DNA of 64,000 nt, taken from positions 18,538,001 to 18,602,000 of the forward strand of contig CM106585.1 in assembly GCA_048013815.1 (NCBI GenBank), written 5' to 3'. Below the pieces are notes generated by a model. That model was not told the origin of the DNA and did not search any database. It worked only from the letters and a program-made list of their open reading frames with translations. Position numbers and translations under genes: made by a program. The DNA comes from Setoptus koraiensis. Taxonomy: Eukaryota; Animalia; Arthropoda. The stretch's first letter is position 1. Every line of letters begins with the position of its first letter. Positions 1 to 11,665 of this stretch are shown piece by piece.

Positions 1-167
1 GATTAATCTAATGATTAATCTATGATTCTACTAACATGAACCACTTTCCGTTCAATCAACCTTGATGTTGAAACTGTGACATGATACTATTAATGAATTG
101 ATGTGTCTCGGATAAAGCATAGACTAATGTCACAAAATATATTCAATACGCATCTTGAGGTTGCTTA

Positions 168-2445
168 TCATTGTGTGCTTATTATTGTATATTGTACTGG
201 ATTACGGCCCAGTTTTGTCACTTGAGAGAATACATTCCAAAGACCTCTTGACACGTGATTTTGTATTTGGGATGGGCAGATTAGACGGTATCCAGCATAT
301 GCGACGGCACCCAATAATGTATATTTTAATCCCATTCTTATCAGTACACTCGCGCGACTTTTTTCTGGTACAGTCTCCAAGGACTGTATTTCCGTTTCTG
401 TAGTTTTTCCCCAGTTACTCACTATACCTTGCAAGTGACCTATTCCAACAACAGCAACTATAGAAACGAAAAGATATGAATAGTTTGAGTAAGTATTGAG
501 GATCTTGATAATATTCATAGATCAGATGTATTCATAGATCAGATGAAGACTTACCTGTTGCTTTGTTTAAACTCTGTGCGCTTGCTGCAGAATATATGTT
601 ATGGGCCAAGTAGGCATTCCTTTCATCCAAAAGCACTCTTTTAAATGCAGGAAAATCGGCCGCTAGCTCTTTCAGCAATTCTTCCAGAACGTCTTTGTCT
701 TTGAAATTTTCTAACTCATCTTGTGACATATTAGACATGTCAGCTGTTATAGCAATGTAGACAAATTTGATTTTTTGCCAAAATGATAAGGAATTGACCA
801 CTCTAGAGATGGTAACTTTGAGAGATCTGTCACCAAAGTATAAGCGACAACCGGGTATCTCGCTAGCTTGTCGAACCGCCGCTCGAAACTCTCCGCCTGG
901 GGCCATGCCTAACTTCTTTGTTAGCATAGCAGAGAGTCTCAGAAACAATAAAAATATAGTGCCTTGTACAGCACCAGCTCTTTTGCTTGCAGTTCTAAAA
1001 TTAACAAGGCTGAACTCTTGACCACATTCAGAAAGTAATTGCTCTTCATCTAATCGCAGCATCATTTCCCTTTCACGGCAAAGCTCCAAAACAACCGCTG
1101 CGGGTCTTATCATTTGCATCACACTGACAACATCTTGGATGGATTTTTTGCTAAAATGAGAAGTGCCTATCAGGTAAACAGGGGACCCTTCTCTTGTCTG
1201 CAGCTTAACCACTGTCTTGGGAAGATCTAGCTGTTCGGCAGCCAACTCGGGTAGGACTTCTTCCGGGGGCCGACTATCAACAACAATAGCGTCGGATTCT
1301 TCTGAAACGGGGGCTGTGGCATCGGAGGATGTTTCTCTCGTCTCATTACCATCTTTCAAACTGACATGCGTTTCGTCTTCCTTGTAATCCTTGAGTAGTT
1401 CTGCAGATTCTTTAGAATCATTAGTCGATTCAGGTTGCGTATGAGCGCCTATATTGGCAGTTAGCCAATCTTTATCGATTAAAGTTGGCTCTGGCGTGGT
1501 GGAGCTGTTCGTTCTTTCTTTTGTGATTCGAGATTTTCCTAAATCTGGAACTGGTGCATTGAAAGCATCAGTAGATTTTTCTCTAGTCTCATTGTCTAAA
1601 GCTCCCAACATGATGTTTGTTGTGGTATCCGGTGACTGGACATCCCTGTTACAATCTATCAAGTCATGATCAGTCTCTTGGGATTGCTCACAATCTCTAG
1701 TTGGTTTGGACACATTTTCTAGTTCGTGATCAAGTACTTGAATTAGAGCTTTGAATGTTTCTCGCTGTCGTTGAAGTAGTGAATTATCATGCAGTTTGTT
1801 TGGATCATTCTTTGTTAAACTATCATCGTGCTGATGTGAGGATTCTTTGTTATCATCATCTTTGTTAGCTGTTGCGCCAAACGATATTAGTGGTTTATTA
1901 TTCTGTAACATTTCATCAATGGAAAATTGATCTGAGTTGGATGCGACGGATTCGAGGAGATGATTAAATACGAAACTTGCATCTTTCTGGTCCCTTGTCG
2001 CTGAACTATCTAGGCGACCCTGATTGAGGTCGTTCCGTGGGCTATTATTGGTGGACAATGGTGGTGCTTTAATAATATTTGATGCCTGCATATCTTTAGC
2101 ACTAGATTTAGAGAAGAGATCCGATGATGGTTGATAATTGTGATTATGCTGCTGCTGCTGTTTTTGTTCTTCATCTAAATATTTTTCATCGATGCCGCTC
2201 TGTTGCTGCTGCTGCCTGTGATTTGTGACGGGAGGGCTCAATCTAGCCGACTTGTGCTGATTAGTGCCTCTAGAATTGTTATTTTTTCTCTTCCTAGTTC
2301 TCTTGTTGGTCTTATTGCCATGCGTATTCTTTTGATTATTATCCGCGGTATTAAGGGTGCCAGATGTTGTAGTATTGGCGGCGACTGTTGCATGCTGAAC
2401 TGACTTGACAGCATAATCACTTTTGTCTACACTGGAATGGTGCAT
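168..2445 (-). CDS. TRABD: TraB domain-containing protein (TRABD-like), join(complement 555..2445, 168..457), ~726 aa; long disordered N-terminus and C-terminal hydrophobic segment
   Basis: The ORF 532..2445 contains TraB motifs (VYLIGTSHFS, AVVLELC, GGEFRAA, GDRSL..T, LLDERN.YLA). The separate ORF 168..518 contains the C-terminal TraB motif VAVVGIGHL.GI..NW and a TM-like segment (YTLLGAVAYAGYRLI). A phase-1 intron at 458..554 (donor GTAAGT, acceptor TTTCTATAG) joins them in frame. Confidence 0.87.
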
Positions 2446-3390
2446 CTTCTCTCTAGCTAATGTATATGCTCTTTTTTCTCACTATGTAGATGGATAAAGG
2501 AAAAAAATTATCTAACAAGCGTGACGTCAGATATCTCTCTCTCTCTCTCTCTCCCCGTCTCTGTGTATGCCGCTTTCTAAATATAAATTCAATTGAGAAG
2601 ATTGAGAAGATGAAAAGATAGATATGGTATATATATATATATATTTGTATCGAGCATACGGTGAGAGGTAACGTCTATCAGAAATGAATGAACCACAAGC
2701 ATGGATCATAAAATGGCACGGTACCACTTGTGCGGATCAGTTAGTTTACCCGCCAGGGTACTGTGACGGTACATACTGTGAATACAATGGATAACTTTTG
2801 GAACGCGCAGTAGCTTTTTGCTAGTGCAGAATAGGTAAATGTTGTGCCTATTGGAGGCCCTTGTGTGTGTGAGCGACTCGCACAGACCTTCAGGGCATCG
2901 TAGAATATCCTTGAGTTTGCACCGTGTGTTAGTGACTCGGACAACAGTCGTAAGGTGGCGTTTCTATTTCAATTTGAGCCCCGATCGCGCCACTCACACA
3001 GGCTTATTTGCCACGCTGCACACTCGTCATGCTGATGTTAGCTCACATATGACTCAACAATGGGCTTTGTAGTGCGTCGCAGCGCCACAAGCTGACAAAA
3101 CTGGCGCAAATTTCTCCAAATGAAATTTCACTTTCACACGTACTTGGTAAAGCACAATCTGTGCTTCACTTTTGCACACACACACACACTGTTCACCCGT
3201 TATCCCTTGCTCTCTATCCTTGAAAAATCATGTCAGTTTTGTCGAAACAGCCAAGCTTCATTCAGCTTCACAATCTACTTATGTAAGCTGTTACTCTTAT
3301 CAATTTAAAATCATTATTATCATCGCCACAATTGTCATTATTGACCCCATCATAGCCATTGTTATTATTGTAAATATTATTTAATTAATC
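2446..3390. promoter_or_regulatory. Divergent (bidirectional) promoter region between TRABD and VPS13D-like
   Basis: Head-to-head start codons (2445 minus, 3391 plus) lie ~950 bp apart, with no credible ORF between; the interval contains (CT)n, (AT)n and (CA)n tracts. No TSS mapped. Confidence 0.45.
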
Positions 3391-6300
3391 ATGGTTTTGG
3401 AGACATTCGTTGCTTACGCTTTCAACTCATATATAGCAGACTATTTTGATAATATCAATGTTGATCAACTTAAGATTGCCTTTGAAAAGGGCGAAGTGGA
3501 ACTGGAGAGGCTTCCTCTTAAGAAGGATGCCCTCAAACAATTCAATTTGCCAGTGGACGTTCTAGAGGGCATCGTTGGCAAAATAAGCATCAAAATACCG
3601 ATATTGGCTTTGCTAACTGAGCCATGGATAGTTAAAATCAAAGATCTGACACTCACTGTGGCGCCAGTCATAAACGATGCTGACGAGACCATGCAATCTG
3701 AGCAAGGTTCATTAGATTCCATAGAATGGACTACACCTGAATGGAGAACCTACTATGACGCGAGGTACGACAAATCATATTATGCTTCTTCCTATACTTC
3801 CTGGTTGTCTAGCGTTAAATCAGTTGTTTGTGATATCTATAAGAACATTCAATTGGAGGTCGAAACACTCAACATTCATTATGAGGATATAAACTCAGGT
3901 GGATTCAAGTTGGATATAGGAAGGTTGTGCTTCCAACAACCAGATGAATTATCGAAATTGGTTTTAAATGATGTATCCATAATATTTGTTAATAATTGTT
4001 TAGAGGATTTAGCACTCGTTGAAATGGATCATCTAACTTTAGAATTCTCAACAGATGAAGAAACTCATGACACTCAAGTGAAAGGTACAATTAGCTGCTT
4101 AAATATTACCGATCTGAATATTGACGGGAAGACATCAACAAACACATCTAGAAATTTGGAGAGTGAGATTATAAACTTTACGTTCACCAAGTACAAGCGT
4201 CTGATAAAAGATAACAACAACTCAGTAGAAAAAGATCTAGTCCTAGAAGCTTATGTATCATCAATGCAATACATCCACTCAAGTCAATTTTGTAGGGAAA
4301 CCATCAACTATATCAAAAGCATCGTCAAGTCACTACTAAACAGCAATGATGAGTTCGAAAGGCACTCTAAAGGTCAGCATACAACGTGGTGCCAAGAATT
4401 CAATAAATTGATCGACATTAATATAGAGAATGGCACTATCTACGTGATCGACGACGACAAAGAAAACTACTTACCTATGTTGCAGATACCAATACAAGAC
4501 TTCAACATTTGGCAATGCTTCAACAACGATCAACGGAATGGGCAACTGTTTTCAACAGTCAGCTGTAACTATTACAATAGGGAACTCTCTGACTGGCAGT
4601 CATTCCTTGAGCCATGGAAATTTCATCTGACTTGGGACCTCAATTCAGGGTCTATGAGAGAGAAAAAATGTGACCGAAAACTCGGACTTAACTTGAAGTC
4701 TAATGAATCAATCAAGATGAATCTGACGAGTTCGTTTTTAGATCTATACGATATAGCATTGAGGGAAAAGATTGTCGAGTTAAAATCCACTTTTTTTGGA
4801 CCTAAAGTGTGGAACTTGAAATCCCTGACTCTACCAAACTTCAATCGAAGAGTGAATGGATACGAAAATTTAAGACCAAAAACAAACCAATCTATGTTTC
4901 TTCTGAAAAATGAAACAGGCTGCCGTTTGCATTTCCGTCTTGGAACCGTGGACCAAGAAGAAACGGCAATTCAAAGAAGTCATTCTCACCGTATTGCATC
5001 TAACGATAATACGACAAGTAGCCGAACTAGTTTGTCTGGGTCCGAATCCAACGAAGAATCGTCAACATCTCTTGCTCAATCATCTGCATCTCTATTGGCT
5101 GATATAATTTCTAAGTCTAATCCCCCTTCAAAACCAAAATGGATCTCAGTAGAAGTTGATCAAAGTGTGCCCTTTGATTTTGACGAAAGCCCCATAGCTC
5201 GACTGAAAAGAGTTAGATCAAATCAAGACAAACGTCATGTTCTTACGATTCGTATCGAAGGATGGAAAAGTATGTCTCCTATATCCTTGGATACAGTCGG
5301 AGTTTTCTTTCAGGAAGCAAGCTCAGATCAGATAACAAAAGAGGATACTATAATTTCAATATCGATTGTTTTGGACGGTAATAGTGCACGTAAGATTATA
5401 TCAATCAGATCTGGTTTGCAACTACTTAACAAGCTGGATACAAATATGGAAGTTCACTTTGTTGAATCCGATCAAACGCTCTACATTATGCCAGAATTTC
5501 GTATAGCTGTTCCGATGAATTATCTATACGACACTATGTACATACGTCCCTGCAGTGTTGGAGTTACTAGTAGTGAGAAACCCTTAGATTGGGAGCAACT
5601 TCGTACTAGAAACGAGGCGCAATGTGAAATGCACATTTGTCACCCTATCACGGTGACGACTTTCAAACAATCATCATATTGTACTTCGTTGCCGTACCGA
5701 GTTGCAGTGCTTATTCAAAGAGAAGATTTGGAGGATGAAACTCTTGATTGGATGAGATCATCTAGAACGAAACCTGCTCATTGCATCACTTTTCAGCCAC
5801 CACTGACCATAGTAAATTTGCTTCCGTACAAGATGCAGTACTTTATTGACCCAACAAACTGTAACGACAATTTGGAACCAGGGAAAGAAGTAAAAATCCA
5901 TAACGTGGACACCTCACAAATATTCAACATATATTTCGTAATGGAAAACTTCCCTAAGTCCAAGCCCATGAGCTTTAGTCCTGGGGCTACACGCGACTTC
6001 ACACACATCTTGGAGATGGTTGATGAAAGGAATCGAAGTCTATTTTTGCAAGCCAAAGTAGTCTTATCTCCAGGTGAATCACCGTCAATGCAAGTTCTGA
6101 TATCTGCACCTTATTGGTTTGTCAACAAAACTGACTTGCCCATAATCTTCAAACAAGAGGGAGGGGTTTTAGAAGCAGCTGGCCAATTCAACGAGCATGA
6201 AGAAACCAAAATTAAAACACCACTTTTATTCTCATTCTATGACTCGGACTGTCCTATGATGTGCAGTATGCGTCTCGGTAAATCACAAGGACAATCTAGA

Positions 6301-7380
6301 TGGTGCAGAAGTTTCTACATTGAGAGTGGTAATGGTGTTAGAAGACTCCGTACGATAGATGATGATTGTGAGACTGGTCCCTGCGTTTATGAGATTGCCA
6401 TCGAGATTCGAAAAGGAACCGGCATGTATCAAGATACCCAGATAGTAACATTCAGCTCGAGGCACGGTTTTGACTCTGTTGCTCGGACCCCGATATCGAT
6501 AAGGCCGTCACCCCAGCAACGTCAACTAATTTCATACAACCCGAACGCGAGTTTGGCGGAACGAATTGCCAACCACGCTATGAATATGTTTTCATGTAAG
6601 CAACACTATCAAACAGGCCTCTCCTTTGTTGTTCCAGGTCTTACAGTTACGGTAGTAGATAAATCTAACGACGAACTGATTCTAGCATCTTTTGAAGATG
6701 TAGCAATAGATTACAGTTCAAATATCAAGGAACACTTGTTGAACTGTTCGATTCAAAACGTAAACATCTACAACCAGCTGGAGGACGCTGAGAAAGGTCT
6801 TGCTCTATCTTTCAACAATGTTGTTCCAGAAGGAGATAATGAAATTAAGAAACCAGCTGTTCGTGTACTTGTAGATCGATTGGTATCACACAGTTTCTCC
6901 GCAAATGTATTTAAGCAAGTGCAACTTTCTTTGGGAAATCTGGTACTCAATATCGAGGAAAAACTTATACTTAAACTAATCAACTTTATTGGTTACAAGG
7001 ACCCCGCTAATGAATTGCGTCTCCTTAAGGACCAAGAGGGTCATAAAGAGATTGTAAGGAAGAAGCCCGCTAATTATTACCTTGGTCTGTTACGAATTGA
7101 TCTTTCGCAGCTATGTTTGAGTGTTATGACTGCTAGCTCGCTTCCACCCGATTTGGAACGTATTAAAGAGTACCTTGGTTTCAAGCTCATTCAGTTTGAG
7201 GGTGCCCATGTTGAATTTTCTCCCTACATGAAAGTGAATGTGTTTGAGACTTTACATACCGCTCTCGAATCTATTGGACGTTACTACAAGGCAGAACTCA
7301 AGCGACAAGCAGCTAGGATTTTAGGAGCCGTGTTGGGCCGTTTATTGAACATTCGAGCGAATTGGATTGGACGACGATAA
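3391..7380 (+). CDS. VPS13D: VPS13 family bridge-like lipid transfer protein, VPS13D-like, internally and C-terminally shortened (1329 aa, single exon)
   Basis: N-terminal Chorein_N domain (MVLETFVAYAFNSYIADYFDNINVDQLKI...GEVELERLPLKKDAL). VPS13D-like blocks: CNYYNRELSDWQSFLEPW, IRIEGWKSMSPISLDTVG, ISAPYWFVNKTDLP, YEIAIEIRKGTGMYQDT, LPPDLERIKEYLGFKLIQFE, ELKRQAARILG. Confidence 0.85.
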   Translation: MVLETFVAYAFNSYIADYFDNINVDQLKIAFEKGEVELERLPLKKDALKQFNLPVDVLEGIVGKISIKIPILALLTEPWIVKIKDLTLTVAPVINDADETMQSEQGSLDSIEWTTPEWRTYYDARYDKSYYASSYTSWLSSVKSVVCDIYKNIQLEVETLNIHYEDINSGGFKLDIGRLCFQQPDELSKLVLNDVSIIFVNNCLEDLALVEMDHLTLEFSTDEETHDTQVKGTISCLNITDLNIDGKTSTNTSRNLESEIINFTFTKYKRLIKDNNNSVEKDLVLEAYVSSMQYIHSSQFCRETINYIKSIVKSLLNSNDEFERHSKGQHTTWCQEFNKLIDINIENGTIYVIDDDKENYLPMLQIPIQDFNIWQCFNNDQRNGQLFSTVSCNYYNRELSDWQSFLEPWKFHLTWDLNSGSMREKKCDRKLGLNLKSNESIKMNLTSSFLDLYDIALREKIVELKSTFFGPKVWNLKSLTLPNFNRRVNGYENLRPKTNQSMFLLKNETGCRLHFRLGTVDQEETAIQRSHSHRIASNDNTTSSRTSLSGSESNEESSTSLAQSSASLLADIISKSNPPSKPKWISVEVDQSVPFDFDESPIARLKRVRSNQDKRHVLTIRIEGWKSMSPISLDTVGVFFQEASSDQITKEDTIISISIVLDGNSARKIISIRSGLQLLNKLDTNMEVHFVESDQTLYIMPEFRIAVPMNYLYDTMYIRPCSVGVTSSEKPLDWEQLRTRNEAQCEMHICHPITVTTFKQSSYCTSLPYRVAVLIQREDLEDETLDWMRSSRTKPAHCITFQPPLTIVNLLPYKMQYFIDPTNCNDNLEPGKEVKIHNVDTSQIFNIYFVMENFPKSKPMSFSPGATRDFTHILEMVDERNRSLFLQAKVVLSPGESPSMQVLISAPYWFVNKTDLPIIFKQEGGVLEAAGQFNEHEETKIKTPLLFSFYDSDCPMMCSMRLGKSQGQSRWCRSFYIESGNGVRRLRTIDDDCETGPCVYEIAIEIRKGTGMYQDTQIVTFSSRHGFDSVARTPISIRPSPQQRQLISYNPNASLAERIANHAMNMFSCKQHYQTGLSFVVPGLTVTVVDKSNDELILASFEDVAIDYSSNIKEHLLNCSIQNVNIYNQLEDAEKGLALSFNNVVPEGDNEIKKPAVRVLVDRLVSHSFSANVFKQVQLSLGNLVLNIEEKLILKLINFIGYKDPANELRLLKDQEGHKEIVRKKPANYYLGLLRIDLSQLCLSVMTASSLPPDLERIKEYLGFKLIQFEGAHVEFSPYMKVNVFETLHTALESIGRYYKAELKRQAARILGAVLGRLLNIRANWIGRR

Positions 7381-7479
7381 CATAATTCAAATGATCCTTT
7401 AACATGTATAATACTTAATTTATAAGATAAAGACATGTTGACATACTCCCATTAAGTTGAGTGATCGCTCTATTAAACA

Positions 7480-10400
7480 TCAATCTTGCATTTCTTCTGG
7501 TATATCATGAGGGTTTATAATTCCTGGTACCATCATTTGCCTACTCCTTTTCTCCGCTTCGTGTTGTTGAAGGGCGGCCTCTCTCTCCGCTAGAAATAGA
7601 TCACTATCATCAGCTCCAGAGTACTCCTAAAGATTAGAATAGTAGAATAGAAAAGTTAGTTCAGATCCATTTTATAACTATGTAGCGATGTTTTTTACGA
7701 TACTAAAAATATACTTACTCTTATTTGAACAAGAAAATCTCTGAGATGGTTTTTGAAGGCCGCTATATCCTGATCAAGATCGAAGAATCCTTTGACTGTT
7801 ATATCGATTTGGGCATCTGTCAGGTGTGGGTAAACAGATTTTAGGAGGTCTGTAACGTATTTGTGAACATATTGTACATTTGTCATACCGTCTAGAGTTT
7901 GCTTTGATGGATTAAGATAGACTTTTATCTTGTTAGTTTCAATCAAAGAAAATATTTGCGCTAACACTGTCGTCTGTTGCACCAAACCAGCAGTTAGAGA
8001 GGGATCAGTGATAACACTAAATAAATGTTGTAATATGTCTAGACAGTAGTTCTGATAAAACTTTTGCATTGCATCTTCATCTTGGGCGATATTCTCCAGC
8101 AAGGCCTCTAAAGACTGATGGCCTATGTCTGCAACGTTACGCATGGTGTGCTTTATGGCCCAGATTATAGAATCCAATACCAATTTGAACTGTTCCGGTG
8201 GTAATGCTAGCACGGCAGGGAAACAATGTTTGATTACTTGATGAAGCATAGTGAAAAAGTGGATCCTATGCTCTGGATGATCCTCGAAATTTTCGCTAAT
8301 CATTTCTAAAGTACATTGGAATACTGCATCAAAGATCCCAGGTATGAGTTGGATACATGATTGCTGCAAAAAGGTATGAATAATAAAAAGATTAACTTGA
8401 GTTAAAAGCTAGAAAAAAAGTTGAGCGAAAAATTAGTAAACTGGACAGCTAGGTACTTACGTTTAGCGCTTCGACGATGGTAGCCATGAGAGCTAAAACC
8501 TCTGGCTCTCTTGCTGCGGGCACGGCGCATTGTTTATAATCTAGAAGTACTGCTTCAAGTAAAGGTGGAATGAAGCTGGTCAGTACCAACGATGGAGTGT
8601 TACACTGGCTCACCCAACTTGATATCAATTTGAGTACTTCTTTTTTGACAGTTCTCATATGCCTTATAACAGGTTGTTTGGTGACTGCTTCACCGTTCGA
8701 GGAGATGGCAGCTGTTATATTCAAACTCATAACACGGTATAAATTGAGCATGTCCAAGTATATAGCTCTGAGTTGCACAACAAATGCGTGTCCGAGAGAC
8801 TTACAAGCTCTAGAGTTTAATTTGAGAATATTTGCAAGTTGTTTCACAGCTTCTTGATCCTTGAGCACTTCTACGTTCTTTTGTGCCTGAGATATTATAT
8901 CTTTCCAAACATGGTTGGGCAAGCTCATGTATCTCTTTATCAGTTGTTCCTGTATTGGCGGATCTACTTGGGCAGCGATCATACAACCAACTGCCTCATA
9001 GAAGGTGTGGACTTGTTGAGGCTGAAGATCACAGATTATAGAGCTAAGATTGTTCAAAATCTCATCAATAAATGGTGTTACCTCAGATGGTTGTAGTAGA
9101 ACAAAGTGACGACGGCATTTTTGTGCGATTTTTATGAATGTATCACACGCCATATCTTGGACACCATCGTGGGTTTCATGCATAAATTCGAAGAGCTTAT
9201 TAACCACTGTCTTCAAGAATTTCCAATGTGCACGAAGGAATCTTGGGTATTGTCCGACAACATACATAATATTTGCAGCTATTATAGCTTTGTTGTCTTT
9301 GCCACGTTTTTGCTCGCATAGGCCTAGTAAGTCCTTGATCACAGTGACTAGAAAGCGCCTCTCGTCTTCTTCGATCATTGCTCCACTTATAGAACCTATC
9401 GCCCAGCAAAGAGTATTCAAATTACGCCATGACCATTCGCGACCATTGACTTGATTTGTAAGCCTTGCTGTCATGATTCGCTCCGTATCAATGCAATCTA
9501 AATGCGTAAGATATACTAGAGTCTCTCTCATATTTTTGTACAATGTTATAGAATCAGTGTCTTTCATGAATTCCCTAACCACTTCACCTTGATCGTTCTC
9601 GACAACTAAAACCTCTTCAGGTTTGGCCATCCTTCCAATTATTATATATCTCAATCTTGATAAGTGTGAACTATAAATATGAGCCTCGTTAGATGAGAAA
9701 TCGGATGTTAGATTATTTTTGTTTTCGTATAATGTGTGAGTCAGACTGTTCCAGTACTCGAGACAAATCTTAAAAATTTCGACCTCTTCAACATCTGATA
9801 TTAATAATAGGTAGTGAAGAGCAGTAGTTAATGTCTGGTGGTGTTCGGCATTTTGTTCGAGTAAATGACAATGCTCTTTGAGGAAGGTACACAAGAATAA
9901 GCTGAGATTTTGAATAAATTTTTGTTCTTCATCTTGACCGTTTGCGTAAGCCTCTTTGATGTAGGTGGTGGATGGTAGCATTTGTTCTAATTCGCGCATA
10001 GTAGTGGTGAAAAGCAAAATGAAGACAGGATCGTGACGAGCATCTTTGATACCAGCTATCTCTGTCAAACATTTGAGTGAAACATTCCTGAAAATGGGCA
10101 CAGGTAAAAATTTTGAGACGAGCAAATTGATTAAGTTGGTTTCAAATATATAACCAACTGGAATCCAATTCAGGAAAGGTAATAGTGTTTCTAATGTGGA
10201 TGATACAAGCGAGATATTTGTTGAAGTATCCATGACAAAAGAACATAATTGGAATATCTGTGAAAATTCCTGGCACATTGTATCTTTCAAGTATTTTGCT
10301 TTGGCTTGAGTCAATTGGCCGCTGGAGAAATCAAATACTTCTTCACTAAGTAATTTTAATATAGTCATATTGTTTTGACAAAGGCTCTCGTTTGTTTTGC

Positions 10401-10893
10401 TTGCTCCAACTATGTCACCTATGAACGTTGGCCACCTTTTTGGCCATTCCCGTTTTAGGATCTGAACTAACACCATATTTAGCTTGGTGAGATAGACTTT
10501 TTCACGTTCCATAGAAGCGGAATCTGATGAGGTTTTTATAATGAGATCTACTATGAAGCTCTTAATTCCTGCAGTTTGATTGGATGGTAGAGCATTCCAG
10601 CGAGTTTTAATAAGATTCTCTAAAATTTGTAGAGCAAAATATTTTGTTTCTTGATTCCTCGAATATTGAAGTATGGCATCGACACGTGTCCATGCCTCTG
10701 GATCTTCTTTAAGACGGGTCAATAGTGTTTGGGCCACTTTCTGTTGTGTCGAATCACCAGCATACATGGCATTAACAACACTATCTAGAAGATTGATATC
10801 CAATCGTTGATTTAGATCTAGTAATCGTTCACCCTCCTTTTCAAGAGTGGATGCACTATTATTATTGCCGTTGATTATACCAGGTGAAGACAT
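7480..10893 (-). CDS. XPO1: Exportin-1 (CRM1/embargoed), join(complement 8461..10893, 7719..8363, 7480..7626), 1074 aa
   Basis: Hallmark CRM1 sequence (LLDLNQRLDINLLDSVV, KFLKTVVNKLFEFMHETHDGVQDMACDTFIKIA, DLCEQKRGKDNKAIIA). GT-AG introns at 8364..8460 and 7627..7718 keep the frame. The third exon (not in the ORF track) reads EYSGADDSDLFLAEREAALQQHEAEKRSRQMMVPGIINPHDIPEEMQD*, the conserved CRM1 C-terminus. Confidence 0.97.
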
Positions 10894-11665
10894 TGTGATG
10901 TTGTTGAAGACAATTCTAAGAAAATGATAAATTTTGTTGTTGATTTGGAAAATAATGATAATAGAGGTAGTACCAGTAGTATTTATAGCTATATTATTGT
11001 CTTATCGACTTAATATGTTGTGTATATGTGAGCGCCTTGATGCATCCAACAGCGTTGATTGATGGACGTATGAAATACACTCGTTTTATTGGAAATTTAT
11101 GTAGGGGACGACATTCGGTGCTAACCCTAAATGAAAGCTGCGCGCCAAGTTTAAACAAAAAAAAAACACACAGGCAATCGGGGGAAAAAACTGCTCCCCC
11201 CTCAGTTTTCATTTTGGGAACGGGGAACTCCGCCTCCCCACTTCAAGATGCGACCTCCCGGGGAGATGTTTTACATATGCGAGAAAAGGGCGCAATGACA
11301 CAGGTACAGTCCATAAAGGGAGGTGGTAGCTCCCAGCAGAGAGGACAGCAACCTCCCTCCCCCAGTTACCAAAGCACAAGCGTTGGAATGCGCCAGTGCG
11401 TCTGGACGTCGTATGTTCAAAGTCTTGGAAAGTTTCGTGCAGCAAGGACAGTGTTCGCCGAGCACGAGCATACAGTATGAAAGGTGTTATTCAGTGACGA
11501 ACAATGACTAGTTGAGTGAAAAAAAATTAGTCACACAGGATACCGGAAAGGAAAAAGCTCGGAAACATATCGGTTAGTCGTACTCTTAAACATTTTGTTT
11601 AAATACCAGAGAAAATGAGTTTATTCACAATGAGTAGAATGATAAAATTGGTTCATGTGGGATGT

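Noticed and set aside
514-547. 17-bp tandem duplication (TTCATAGATCAGATG) and short repeats at 1..30
   Set aside because: Inside the TRABD intron or 3' flank; no sign of function.
11028-11511. 150-aa and 62-aa ORFs upstream of XPO1 as a gene or pogo/Tigger remnant
   Set aside because: No convincing domain and no TIRs; contains a poly-A run and purine/pyrimidine tracts.
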